NCBI GenBank assembly: GCA_043228905.1
Contig: JBHGNT010000135.1
Coordinates: 6,085-70,084 of the forward strand
DNA from: Azolla caroliniana
Lineage: Eukaryota > Plantae > Polypodiophyta
Reading direction: 5' to 3'
DNA: 64,000 nt
Below, piece after piece: positions 1-13,953 of this stretch. The position numbers and the translations under genes were made by a program. Position 1 is the first letter of the stretch, and each line of letters starts with the position of its first letter. A model generated the notes under the pieces. The model made no database searches, was not told where the DNA came from, and worked only from the letters and a program-made list of their open reading frames with translations.

Positions 1-1364
1 TACATAATGAAGATATGTAAAAATAATGGTTGAACCCCAACCTTGCATTAATACTCTAATGTAGTTTAAACTTTACCACTAGAATGAACTTAGTGCAAAA
101 GCAAACACAACTTTTCTTTAAAGAAGTTTTACTTTACAAGATAGTGGTGGCTTAGGCACCCTGCTGCCAATCCTTCCATGTATTGCGTGCATTATATTAT
201 TTTCTATTGCATTATAAGTTATTTACAAGGTTTTCAAATTTCCTTCGAGCACATGGTTCTAAATCAAAGCATAACGCCACAATTCTAAAGGATGAGGACA
301 TTGTCAATTAAATACATTCCCTTGGGACATGAAGGGCATGTAACAATAGCTATTATGGAAGATTTATGAAGTCTCTAATAATAAATAGAGTGAAGGCAAC
401 AATTAGAACACAAACCAAGTGAGTGGGATTTTGTATAAAGATATTTGTAAACATACAACTCATTCTCGAGTTTGATGTGCATTGAAGTATGAAAATCTAG
501 GTGTGGGCAACTTTTACCGAATCAACACATCACAATTGATGAACAAAAAGGAAGCAAGCGTTCCGTATCCAATTAGAAAAATCTCACAACTCACCTCGTT
601 GAAACTTTGGGAGAAGTTGTTGATCCTCCCTTGCAATGATACAAAGCTCATGTGTATTTCCAATTATATTTATACCATGCGAACAATAATGGCATTGTCT
701 ATGAATGATATCATGGTTTGACCATGAACGATGTGCAAGAAGTTTGGAAAACAAATGAGTGAAAATGGCTAAAGGATCACGTTTATTTATTCTTGAAAAC
801 GATGGTTAAATGTTCCTTCCTACATTCTAAAGCAATTTGATCTTGCAAGTTAAACCATGGAACAATGGTTGGATGAATAATTAATTTTTGCCCCCCATAT
901 CATTTGTCATAATATGGACAAAAATAGTCAATCATGGAACGTCGGCTCACAAATCGCGGTTCCTTAAACCAATTGATGATGTCTTTTGCGAATATTTCCA
1001 TCTATTAACTCTCATTGTTTGATTAAAAGTTATCAAAATTATTGCGGCAGCTATAGATTATAGGTTTTTTGCAACATGTTGGTTTAGGGTTTGCCCACTA
1101 ATCCCAAGATACTCATTACATCTTAAGCCTTCCATCCATTGTCATTATAAAATTCCATTCTTCATTATTTTGTCTTTCTACTAAAAATTTATACAATTGC
1201 TACCCTTGAGTATGTGTTCAAGATTTGGAGCAGATAAGGTTTGAAAAGTGTAACTATGGAACAAGTGGGATGGAGTTGAAGGATACACACAAAAACATAT
1301 TTTCTAAACATAAGTTTCTTTGCATGTTTAATTGCTTTCTAACAACATCATTTTTCGAAAATGT

Positions 1365-1668
1365 AAACATAATGGAAACGGCAGAGGAGCCAAAGAGCCT
1401 ATAGAAGAAAACTCGACCAAAAATCATTACCATGAAGAATTATGAAAGGAACTTTGAAAGTGTTGCACAATGGCATGCTTTGAAGGTTAATAATGGGCAT
1501 GATGAACAAAGGCTTAAACATAATGGAAAAGGTGGAGAGCCAAAGAGTCTAGGAGAAGAAAACTCAACCAAAAACCATTGCCATGAAGAATTATGAAAGG
1601 AAATTCAAAGTGTTGCGCAATGGCATGCTTTGAAGGTTAATAGTGATGGGCATGATGGACAAAGGCTT
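1365..1668. repeat. Tandem duplication, ~151-bp unit x2 (diverged)
   Basis: AAACATAATGGAAA...AAAGGCTT at 1365-1515 and 1516-1668. Confidence 0.9.
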
Positions 1669-2594
1669 AGCTTTAAAGCAAGTTATATTTTTGACTTTAC
1701 TGTATATCACCAACTTTACTTCAAACAAGTTAACTTTAGTCTCATATTCACATTGACCTAAATTATATGACACAGGGCTTGTGTTTTCATTAACTTTATT
1801 TCCCTGGCATTCTCTTCAATATCCATGACTCACACAAAGCAAACCACTCATAAACTTCCTATGACGTGTTTAGATTGTGTCCCATGATTCTTCAAATCCA
1901 ATCTAATATATCCACACAATAGCGAACCATTTTTGTTACCTTCTAATCCACTATAAACACCGTTCAAAAAGTGTACAGCTCCTATGAGTGTAACCTACCA
2001 ATGCAAGTTTTAATACTCCTAGCTAGGTTCCTATATGAGGAGACAACAAGATCAATATTGGATATTGGTTTGGTTCCAACTTAAACACTTGAAAGGATCT
2101 TAATGTGTACAATCACATTGTGATTATAAGATAGGCTAAGGTGAACATGCATAGCCACGACTACACAGGGACAACATGGGCCAACAAGAAGGTTAGGGAA
2201 AGACATGACTACTGAAGCAATCAATTCAACAACAATGGTAGGGTTCCATTCAATGGCAATATTTTGATAATAGTTGCACAATCTCTACAGAAAACATAGC
2301 ATTGTAGCTGATGTGCCTTTTTTAAAACTAATGGAAGGATATTTTGTTTAAAACAAAAAAAAGTACATCAACCCCTCACACCACCCTATCCAAAATAGTC
2401 ATATAACCTCAATTGCACATAAGGACAATGGGAAGGTTCATGGTATGATCCCTTAGGTAATCTAAGTGTTGAGGAGGGCTCATACATTGATATGCCTGGC
2501 TAACCCCATCCAAACGGCAATCACATGAACTCTATTTCTCACTCACTTGAAATATATAATAGGAATACAATAATCTGTTGGAAATGAAGCATTC

Positions 2595-3316
2595 CCGGCA
2601 TACCACAATGCAAGAACACTTAGAGATAGACATGCATTTGTAATAAAGAAATAGGCATGAGCAGCAGAAGCAAGACATTTTATCAGTGCAGCACATTGCC
2701 ATGCACCATTGCTTACCAATGACATCCTATTATTTTAAAAACCAAAAAGTAACACTATGTCGTAGAAGCATCATCTGTTACAAGTTGCTTTTTGAGCCTC
2801 CAACGGGTACGTTATTGGTTTGGATATATGTCACATGTTTGCACAAGGGACTGATGTAGTTGCATCTTGGTCTTATCGAAGCAAGAACTGAATAAAGAGT
2901 TCCGCCATAAATTCGCTTTCCAAAGGCTCAAAAAGATGTTAACATCTCCGGCATACCACAATGCAAGAACACTTAGAGATAGACATGCATTTGTAATAAA
3001 GAAATAGGCATGAGCAGCAGAAGCAAGACATTTTATCAGTGCAGCACATTGCCATGCACCATTGCTTACCAATGACATCCTATTATTTTAAAAACCAAAA
3101 AGTAACACTAGTTACTTTTATGTCGTAGAAGCATCATCTGTTACAAGTTGCTTTTTGAGCCTCCAACGGGTACGTTATTGGTTTGGATATATGTCACATG
3201 TTTGCACAAGGGACTGATGTAGTTGCATCTTGGTCTTATCGAAGCAAGAACTGAATAAAGAGTTCCGCCATAAATTCGCTTTCCAAAGGCTCAAAAAGAT
3301 GTTAACATCTCCGGCA
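2595..3316. repeat. Near-identical tandem duplication, 353/363-bp units
   Basis: Units start CCGGCATACCACAATG at 2595 and 2948. CCGGCA recurs at 3311. The ORF track shows the same peptide twice. Confidence 0.95.
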
Positions 3317-3867
3317 ATAAAGCCTACCAAAGAAAGAGATTGTAAAGCGAACGTTTCTCCTTAAAAGCATGTCTTTGCGAAAAAGAGTTTCTCACAACCG
3401 AAGGTTCGATGAGTATAGAATGACATCGTCTTTTTTTATGGCAATCATCAATCTGAACAAGATTCATTCCAAAAACTACGTATTTTCATCCTTGTGCAAT
3501 AAATAGCTTTACAATTACCCTTTTTGGGAGATTGTCTTTCTTAGAGGCAAAATAGCCAAGCAAGTGCATTATCAACAAATTACACAATTTAAGGATGTGT
3601 ACCATGCAACCAAATCTTTCATTATCAAGGTTAGAATAGAAATCACAATCTAAGTTTTACATGATGGGGAAGAGAGTACATGTTAAAAAGCAAAAAGCAA
3701 AAGCAATAAAAAATTTGAAGTGAGTAGGGAGGGGGGGAAGGAAGTAGGCTTGTATAAGATATAAGAATATAAATTAGAGACAAAACCACCACACCAAGCC
3801 ATAAAAGAGGGCATTAAGGCAAGACAAGAGGTAGTGGAGAAAAGACCATAAATAAATGATGAAGTCT

Positions 3868-6722
3868 CTACTTACTAGATGGAGAAGAGTGATCAATGGC
3901 TTCTTCAACAAAGGTAGAGGTAGTGGTAGTGGTAGTAGGATGATGATGATGATAAGCTTGAATGGTAGGCTCATTCGGAGGGGTAGAAGAGACCATAGTT
4001 GCGGAGGAAAGCGGGGGCGGGGGATCGGGCGAAGAAGAAGAAGTAGTATAAGTCATGGAGCCACTGTCCTCGTAGTCAGGGAGGATGGGGGTGGGACGCA
4101 CCTCGAGTATCATCCTCGAGACCTCGGCCATCGTGGGTCTTTGCTCTGGCACGGGCGCAACACACGCCAACGCTATTTGTAGCAGCTGGACCATCTCTTC
4201 CTCGATGCCCTCGAACTTCATGAGCTCACGGTCAAACACCTCCGATGTCCACTCCTCGCGGACCACCGACTGTACCCATTTCGGCAAGTCCATGCCTTGC
4301 TGGGCGGACGTTTGGGCGGGCGCTTGGGCAGTCAGCATCTCGAGGAGCATGACTCCGAATGCGTAGACATCAGCCTTTTGAGACATCCTCCGCGTGTGAG
4401 CCACCTCCGGGGCTCTGTATCCGATGGCCATCCGAGACGCGATGCCCGCGGCATTTTGAGCGGCCGACCAGAAGAGGGGCGCAAGGCTGTAGTCCGAAAT
4501 GCATGCCCCGTGATCCTTGTGTAGGAGCACATTGGACGGTTTCACATCTCCGTGTACACTCTTTGGCCCCTTGGAATGAATGTACTCTAGCCCCTTTGCT
4601 GCCCCTGCCGCAATCTTTAGCCTCGTATCCCAGTCTAATGCCGGCTCACCTGTTGTCTTCCGCCCTACAAAATTTCATTTTCCATGCCATGTCATGCCTG
4701 ATACAACAAAAAAAGCACAAGCAATCCTACAGAAAACAATGTGTTATTTTAAAGTTAGGGTTTAGGGTTTAGACCAATTGAGTGCAAACATTACATACAA
4801 TGTGACAAATAATGGTGCCTATTGCCTGTAAATTGAATACAATGCAGTTGTTATGAAACATCAATTGTTTGCAAATGAAATGCAGATCAAGTACATTATG
4901 AAACAATCAATCAAAAAATACAAGCTGTAAAAGGTGTGCACCACATGGTGGCCATTGTAAAAACGATGAAATAAAGAAGATCTGTACGGACTAACATGTC
5001 ACATCCCGTCCATATGGTAGTGATGAACCATATTACGCTGTGGATTAGGCATACATTCCATTTTTTCTATGGTTGAAGATTGTAAAACATGTTTCATTTG
5101 TTCTGATTCATGAAGATTTATTTGATGCAAAACATGACATTCATCCAAGACTGTGTCTCATTTGAAAAATAGCAACAGGGTAATGCAGCATACATACTAG
5201 ATAGAAAGTCGCAGAATGAGACAGAGAGAGAGAGAGAGAAGAGTAAGGTACCATGGATGGCAAGTGAAAGGCTACCAAGAGGCATGTAGTCATGGACGAG
5301 GAGCTTCTCTTCCTTGGAGTAATAATAAGCTCTGATGGGGACGAGGTTCCTGTGCTGGTGAGGGTGATGGTGATGGCGATGATCATGATCATGATCATGA
5401 TGGGGAGATGCCGTGTTGGTGGGAGGGGCGGCCATGATCACGTCCATGTGGTGCTCGAACTCGCGACGTCCCACAGAAGCATCCTTGAGCCTCTTCACAA
5501 CTACAGTAGGGCCTTCCTCCAGCACAGCCTTGTAGGAGGTCCCGAATGTCCCCTTCCCCAGCACCTCTGCAGATGCCCTCAGCAAATCCTCCAGATCGAA
5601 CCTCACCTTCCCGCCATGGAAGAACACCAATTTGTTCTGCTCCGTCTGCTCTTGCGCGGAGCTGTAGTAGTAGCTGTTATCCTCCCCATCCTTCCCATCG
5701 CCATCGCCATCGCCATCCCCACGCTTTCCTCTCTTCTCTGACATGCCTTTCTTCTTCTTCTTCTTCTCCCCCTGATCTTGATGGCGATGAGCCCATATCA
5801 AGTAACAACCTGTTGTGAGGCACAACAGTGCGGCCGCTGCCCCTCCTGATGCGATCAGAACTATGGCTAGCTTGCTCAAGTGGGCTCGTCTCTGCTTCTT
5901 CTCGTTCTGTGCTTCCGTGGTAGGGATTACAGATGGAGCAGAAGGAGAAGATGAGTTGCTGCTGCATTGTGCTGTTCCTTGCAATGGCGTCCCACACAAG
6001 TCCACATTCCCAACGAAAGATGAAGCAGAGAAAGCTCGGAGTGAAGACGGGATGCTACCACTAAGCCTGTTGAAAGAAACATTGAACTGAGAGAGAGAAG
6101 GGGAAAGGGGAGGGATGGAGCCAGAGAGGGAGTTGTTCTGCAGGAAGAGGGACTTAAGACGCGCGAGGTTGGAGAAGGAAGGAGGAATGGATCCATCGAA
6201 CTGGTTGAAGGAGAGATCGATGACAGTTAAGGAGGGAGTGGAGAAGGCAGGGATGTGTCCATGGAATGCATTCCTGTGAAGGGCGAGCTTCTTGAGCTTG
6301 GAGCAGCTGAGGATATCTGCAGGGATGGTTCCGGTGAGGCGATTGGACCTGAGGCTGAGGGTCTGCAGGGATGGGAGGAGGCCGAAGGATTGGGATGGGA
6401 TGCTCCCCACCAGTCCCCTCCCTGGTAGAGTTACAGACACCACCGTCTGTCCCACATCTGCAGAGGTGGAGGTGGAGCATTGGACACCCACCCAGTTGCA
6501 GGCGCTCGTCGTGTTGGTCCAATTCAGTGATTTTGCAGACGATGGCAATGGACTCTGCAGGTTGTGGAAGAACCTGAGCAGCGCTTCCGATTCGCTCTGC
6601 AGGTCTGCGTTGGCGACATGGAGATGTGAAGAAAGCAGCTGGAGAAGGAGGAGATGATGGATAATGAAGAAGAACAACAACAACAAGGCATGGTGGTGGT
6701 GGTGATGGTAGAGCCTCATCAT
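3868..6722 (-). CDS. Leucine-rich repeat receptor-like kinase, LRR-III type (RLK902/At5g58300-like), 2 exons, ~755 aa
   Basis: Exons complement(5252..6722, 3868..4664) total 2268 nt. A phase-1 GT-AG intron joins [16 protein letters not shown]. Signal peptide, LRRNT ([11 protein letters not shown]), 5 LRRs, GN..LCG.PL, TM helix, [52 protein letters not shown]. Confidence 0.95.
4755..4772 (+). repeat. Short interstitial plant telomere-type repeat in the LRR-RLK intron
   Basis: TTAGGG-TTTAGGG-TTTAG. Confidence 0.6.
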
Positions 6723-6779
6723 GGATGGAGACTGAAGAAGAGAGACAGGGAATGGAGAAGAAAGAAAGATGGAGGGGGC

Positions 6780-6788
6780 AGAGACAGA

Positions 6789-6825
<37 letters not shown>

Positions 6826-8194
6826 CAGCCGCTCTCTTCTTCTGTCTTTTCTTTCTTCTTCTTCTTCTTCTTCTTCACACTGCATACATACATACATACA
6901 TATCATACATACAGACTTACAGTTGTTGATTGTAACTTGTAAGTATGTATGTACTACATTCAGTATGTATGTAGAGAGCAGAGAGAAAAAGAGAGAATGA
7001 GATATTACGAGGAGAAGGTGTAAGTATGTATGTATGTATGTATGTATGTATGTATGTATAGGCTACAGCACAGAAACAGAGGAGGAGAAGCGTCTGTCTT
7101 ATATGTGTGTGTCTCCTCTGTTTTCTCTCGGCTTTGCTTTTGTGTTTTGTTTACATACATATATATATTACATGCATATAAAGAAGAAGAATTTGAAGAA
7201 GAAGAAGAAGAAGAAGAGGGAAGAAAGGCTGGCTGGCCATTGAGCTTCTCTCTGCTCTCTCTCTGCTCTGCTTAATTGCAATCATCATAAATGGATCAAT
7301 GGATCCAAAAGGTAGCCCCCAGCCATCTCCACATTCATACATACATGCATGCATGCATGCATAGACATCCCATACACATACACACACACACATTGTACAT
7401 CTGTCTGCATATGCAGCACCATCACCATCATCATCATCATATCACCCATCAGTGGTAATAGTAGTGATAGTGGGAGTGGGAGTGGGAGTAGGTATCTATA
7501 ACTATGCTCATTTCATCATAACGCATACATATGGATATAATATATAATATATATATACATATGTGTTATATATTTATTATATGTAATATTACATGTATAT
7601 ATACATATACCATAATACCACCACCACTATGTGCCATCACGCATGATGATTCCATCATCATGCAATCAGGAATGTATGTATGTATGTATGTATGTATGTA
7701 TGTATGTATGTGGTAACTTGTATCAGTATGTATGTATGTATGTATGTATGTATGTATGTATGTATAGTTGCATACATCTCTCTCTCCTCCTGCTGCTCCT
7801 GGAAAAAACAAATTCCAAATGCTGCCCATATCTGTCTGTCTATGCATGCATGCATGCATGCATCAAAGAAACCCTTGGTGCTGATTTTGTTGTGGTGTAT
7901 GTGTGTATGGTTATGTGTGTATAGTGATGTATGTTATGTATGGTTATGTGTGTATTATGTATGTATGAACAACTTAAATAGATTTTGTCATGTTATAATT
8001 TATGTATTCGTTTGATTGTTCCCCCCCCCCCCCCCCCCCCTCTTCCCTTTACTTGATTTCTTAACACTGTGGTGCTGTTGATGCTACCGCCACCTAGAGA
8101 GAGAGAGAAAGAAGAGAGAGAGAAGAGTGTGTGTGTGTGTGTGTGGCGGCGGCTGCCACTGTTGGTGTTGGTGGTGTTGTCTGTGTTTGCAACG

Positions 8195-8277
<83 letters not shown>

Positions 8278-8500
8278 TTCGTTTGTTTATATGCATGATG
8301 TATTCATCTACTACTATTATCAATGAATGTGTATGGGATGGATGGATGTACATAAATTGTATAATGGATGGATGGATGTTATGTTATGTTATGAGATGGG
8401 ATTGGGATGCGCTTCTCCTACATACATATATACATATGATATATACATACGTATAAATATATATATATATATATATATATGACTCTCTCTCCTCTCTCTT
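6780..8500. repeat. Microsatellite-dense 5'/promoter region of the LRR-RLK: (GA)n, (CTT)n, (TATG)n, (TC)n, (TA)n, ~21-nt poly-C
   Basis: Read directly, e.g. (TC)n ~8197-8272, (TATG)n ~7675-7765, poly-C 8020-8040. Confidence 0.95.
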
Positions 8501-8989
8501 GTTTAGTTATTGTTATCGTTTTTTGTTTTTTGGGGGGCGGGGCTTATTTAATGCAGTTATATACATACATATGTATAATGTATGTATATTTCTTTTCCTT
8601 TTCTATCCTCCCTTTCGTGATATAAATTCTACATAATAATTTAAAAGACTTCTTCCTTCTAAACCACAAGGTTTTTCATGTCTTTCTTCTTCCTTCCTTC
8701 TCTTCTTGTTTTCTATTTTTAATTTGATCGGCCGGCCTTTTAATCTCTCCATCATATATCAAATCCCTTGAGGTTTTTGGGGATTTCTCCCCAATTTCGT
8801 TGCAACTCTTACCTCCCCCTAAACCACAAGCATTAGACAAATGTTGTCATCTTCTTCGCCCCGCGTAGCATACATTACATACATGCTCCTAATGTCAAGG
8901 TTGGCCCAGTGTCCGCACAAGATTTCCATTGTCAAGGTTGGCCCGATGTCCGCACAAAGATAGAAATCTCGCGTGCCTTACCAACAGTC

Positions 8990-10650
8990 AAAGTTTTGCA
9001 CTTCTTCCACCACATGATAATCATAGTCGCAAAATCACACAATCCAATGTGAAACTTTGTTTCTTAGAGAACCTTCCAACTTGCAAGACTTGTTGAGATA
9101 TGACAAACACATATTTAATCTTCTTTATCCTTGGATATAGTGCAAAGTTGACCTTAGATAAATTTATTCTTGCTTGACTATCTTCTACCTTTAGTGCAAG
9201 GCAATCAAGGCAATCTAAGGAAACTCGAGGTTATGGGTACAGATTTTGATGAGGGGATTTCCACATCTTTCTCGTATACATATTTCTATCTTCCTTGCGA
9301 CTTCTATTCCATAAGGGTTCCTAGTGTATTGTGACTTTAGATTAATGGGATTTTGATTTTCTTTTGAGATCAAGTATTAACTTAAGCCATGGCTTTGCGA
9401 GCAACACTTGTTATATTCAATGACCTTACCAACCTCATAACCATTCATGCCCAAAGTTATGCAAATAATTTGAATGCTTAATTCCTTATTAATTAATGCT
9501 TGCAGTTTGCAAAAAATATAGCTCCGCCACAAATTCATGTGTAAATAAATGGTAACTATTGATGGTGAGACATGAGTCCCTACTAAATCTTCTTTAATAT
9601 GCATGTGCATGCACACACAACGCCAAAGGCTCTTAATATTGTTGTCCTTTTGTTCCATTTTGTCTTTTACAGCCAATATGGAGCAACCCGATCTTATTAA
9701 TGAAACTGTATTGTCCACCATGGCTACCCAAACACATCATAGATTTGTTGAGGTAGTGAAAGTGCAAGAAGTAGATCGAGCAAACAATACGTGTGAATTT
9801 AAAGTTCTAAAAGAAAATCAACGAGGTGTTGTTGATATTTGGGCTCATAACATGTATGTAGAAGAGATTATATAAGCTCCCTCTTCTTTTTAGTTTCCCA
9901 ATATTCACCAAGGGAGTTATAACTCCACTAAAAGGATTCCAATGCTCAACCAAATTAGTTTAATACTAATCCATACACATGCATATCAGTGTGTATTGGT
10001 ATGTATTCATGCAATGGGCGCTCGCACATTTTTCAATGAGCTCATTTAATCTTTCTTTCCAGTTCACTTCAATATATTTAGCCTTTCAATGTAATCTGCC
10101 CCTTTCAAAGGGAGGGATTTCTCCAACTCGAGATTAACATTGACTCCGTTACAACATATGGGTACCTTTTCTCGTAGCTAGAACAAAATTTTCAATCATA
10201 CAAATATGATTGGTCTTTCTCATTTTTATAGAATATACATGACCTCATTTGCTCGTGTATTCATGGCGTTGTGCACTTTATCAAAAGGCATTAGGTGCCA
10301 ATGGCCATAATACAATGCTAAAAACAAACATTGTCCTTATATGCACATTGAGCAATAATCTTGATTTTGGAATCATGTCTAAAGTATTGTTATTATTCTC
10401 ATTGCTATTTGGCGTTGAGATATTTATAAGACCCAATAAATGGCTCCTCATACAAGGATTCAATAAATTCATTGTCCACCACCTAAGGGATTGAAAGTGA
10501 TACAACAGGTATCCAACTATACGTGCTCTTCCTTTCTTGAGCTAATTTCTAAGGTCAACGTTGGGTCATAATTTATCTCTAACCTCAGCCCAATAATATG
10601 AGCTTGACTCACAAAAAGGAAATAAGTTATTCATATTTGATAAGACAACA
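8990..10650 (-). mobile_element. Possible very decayed L1-type LINE ORF2 relic
   Basis: Only faint motif echoes on the minus strand (zf-RVT-like ET.FH..CDFA..WW near 9000-9070; IAQ.A.D-like near 10340). No intact ORF. Confidence 0.3.
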
Positions 10651-11599
10651 ACAATTAATGTTGAGTCTAGATGGAAACCATAAAAAGAATAATCACAAAA
10701 AGCATCAAACCTAGAGTGTGGATAATCAACATAGAAAGGTGTCATCGACCATATAAGAAAAGTTATATTACATTTTCATTTCCCCCTCCCATCAGGGGAA
10801 AAACCATGAGCCCTATGCAAACATGGAATGGGAAGCATATATCATACTTTACATCATCACAATATTAAGAGCTCTTGATAGGTAGTAGTGCTAAGATTTC
10901 ACAAGTGGAATACATTATATGAGCAACATATATATATGGATCATAACATCATTTGGAATGAGGTATTCATTTGTCAACGTGACCACTAACATTGAAGCAA
11001 GTATTGGTAACATCACTAATAGATTATAGTCAAATAATCCCATCATGAAAAAATGATAGGTTTGTATTATCAAATTTCTTATATAATACATGTGAAGAAT
11101 AAGGTCTTTGATGTTCTTAAGCCTAGCCATCAAGCTGAAAAGTTAAAAGGCATGCCTATTAGAGTTGTCAGATGTGGAGGAATTATTACAACCATCGCGT
11201 GTTAAAGATGAAGACATAGTGAAGAGAAAGCAATAAATGATGGAAGACAAGTACATGGTAGAGGTAGAGAAAGAATGCACGAAATTGGTTGATTCAAGTT
11301 TTGAATATTTTTACTCCTTACTTTCACTCAAAAAATACTACATTGCTTGGTAGCACCATTTTTCAGTTTTATCTAAAAAAAACGAGACATAGCCAACTAA
11401 AGCACAACGTGGAAGCACTCACTTTATCGTTTACATCACAAGGACTAATACTCATACATGTGTAGATATTGTGTAGATACGAATTACACACTTCTTTGCC
11501 TATTCGCGAATACAAGTTGGACATTCTACAAACAAATAGATCAATAAACTATGGAGGATAAATCATTTGCTCACATGGGGGATTTTTAACTGTAATTGC

Positions 11600-13640
11600 T
11601 CACCAAACAATAATTCCTAATATTGGTGATTGGTTATTAGTCCATGAGCTTTTCTAGCATTGAGGCCTTCTACACAAACCTATTGCATCAAATGTATAGA
11701 TTTACACTCCAATTGTTGTCTTATCCCCTCATTATTTCACCTTAATATTTGGCATTGCTTTAATTTCACTTTTCGTGACCAAGGATTGGCTCGCCTTTCC
11801 TTTGGCAATGCTAACAAATAACCTTAATATACATTCTTTATAATTCTGTCATGATAATTGTGGCCAAGGATATCTTGGCTCTTACAACGATGAAGAACCC
11901 AACGAAATGTGACTCTCTACTCATATAATAATCCAATGAAGGTGGTGCATGGAATTGTACAACCTTCAACACGAGGAGGTTCATTCTGCATAGAGGAACG
12001 GTACATGCACATTCGGTTATTAGTGGCCAACCTTACAGTTTGGTTAGTGTGGGTATCTAGGTGCAAGGAGTCTTTCACAAGTAAGCGAACCCCACCAGTT
12101 GAGAGTTTTAAAGATGATTTGGTTTAATCTTATCTCTACTTTACAAGGATAGTTTGAAATCCTTTAGCGGCCCTTAGATGAGAGTGAAGAAGCTAGAGGA
12201 CGTTTCCTTCTAAAATGGAGAGGTTCTCTGATGATGTAGATGGTGGATGGCAATGCAAAGTAGATTTATGGTTGTTCCTTCTCAGGTTACCAAACATATA
12301 GGTGGGTGTTTCCACATAAAGAGATTGGAGGATGTCTATGCTGAATTAGGGTTCTATGAGGCTCACGTTGAGGGTATGCGGTCGAGTAATTAAGTGCTCA
12401 TCGGATGATGCCGTGATTATGAGTTTTTTGTAGATTCCTTGATACATGTTGGTTTCTTTGTAGCCATGCAAGTTGCCTTGTAAGATATGAGTTGTATATT
12501 ATCCTATCTACATTGACTTAATTAACAGAAGTATGACGCTATCAAGGGTAATTTAGATGTAGTCCTTCGAAATAAAGAGGTTTTTAAGAAGACATGGGAA
12601 AGGATGAATGTATTTTACATGATTAATTGTTGTATACGTTGGAGGTATCAATCACCTCGTTGGGTATTTCCTCCACCGATATGAGACATGGGGATATGTT
12701 AATCGTTATTGGTACTATCTTAGGAGTTATGTATGTCAATGACAGTCTATGAGTAGTTGAAAAGAAAAAAATAATTGAGATTTTGTGCAATCTCATTCAA
12801 GACTTATTTTCTGGTTTGGTGATATCAGAAGAAATTATGGCATCATGGCTTATTTGGAATTTTTCCATTCGAGCAATAGGACAAGGACAAGAAGTGAAAT
12901 TTGAAAACAGGGTTTGGAACAGTATTTTATAATCACTAAAATGCTAAATGATATGTATGCAGAATCCCATTTCATCTTATGAGATGGATGGAGTCATTGA
13001 AATAGGTGGAGGGGGATGCTCTTATGTATGCATTCGGAAGAAGTCTGTTTCTTCTTATGCGATGGATGGTGTCATGAAGCACTGTTGATTGCATGCAACA
13101 TGTGGAAGGTTACCATATGCATATAAACTAGTCGAAGGGTTGAGATCCCTTAAGGTGGGTGTTGATCACATGGCTTTACATGACGGTATGTTCATACATG
13201 CTGGAATCATGGATCGAGGCATACAAAATGACCTCTATACCATAATGCTTTGATTGAGTTTTACATTGAATATGGAAAATAGAGGATGCTTGGTCATTGT
13301 AAATGTGGGGGTATATTGGATGCATGTGATGGATGACCCAAATGTGGTATCTAGATATGTTGAATATGAACATGATGAGGAAGATTGATTTGGTTTGAAC
13401 ATATCCAAATTCATGGTATGTTTCAACTATTGAGGAAGTGTTCAATCAAGTCTATCAAAAGAAGGATTCATGGCTAGCTATTGTCTTACAGAAGACGGGT
13501 TGGGGAAGGAAAATCATCTCCTTTCCATCATTTTGTATTTTGTAGCTCATATGGTTTTTTAAACTAATGGAAGGATATGTTTTCTATAATAATAAAAAAC
13601 TAACGGAAGTATTAATTTATTTTGAAAATTTTTAAAAAAA
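11600..13640 (+). mobile_element. Cluster of decayed LINE remnants (family C 3' end ~12240-12540; family B 3' end ~13560-13600)
   Basis: 12270-12530 aligns by eye with the TSD-flanked insert at 50455-50766. The tail AACTAATGGAAGGATA plus an A-rich run recurs at 2326 and 37039. Outer boundaries are approximate. Confidence 0.55.
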
Positions 13641-13953
13641 TAAAAAATAAATCCAATGGTAATTGCATAAAAAATTATTCTCTTTGCCGACTTTGAGTCT
13701 AAATAGTAAACCTACTCTATGAAATGTAATCTTGTATCTACCGCATACTAAAATAATCGAGTTGTTGGTAATGGAAAATACTATCACGGAATATTAGAGT
13801 ATTCATTTCGTATTTCCTTTTGTGGTTTGTTTACAATTCATAGAACTCAACATTTGGATAAGAGTTTCCATCACTATAAGCACTAAAGAAAATGTGAAGG
13901 GTGTTTGTAAGGTTAATCATGTTGAGTTCGAAGTATTTAAAATCAGATATTTA

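Noticed and set aside
480-1200. Possible hAT transposase relic on the minus strand (dimerisation-domain-like echo)
   Set aside because: Too degenerate to support by eye. It needs a TBLASTN or HMM search.
3856-6929. Many overlapping ORFs on both strands over the LRR-RLK
   Set aside because: Shadow frames of a GC-rich coding region with no independent motifs.
7030-8456. ORFs such as MYVCMYVC and LSLSLS/RERERE
   Set aside because: Translations of (TATG)n and (GA)n microsatellites.
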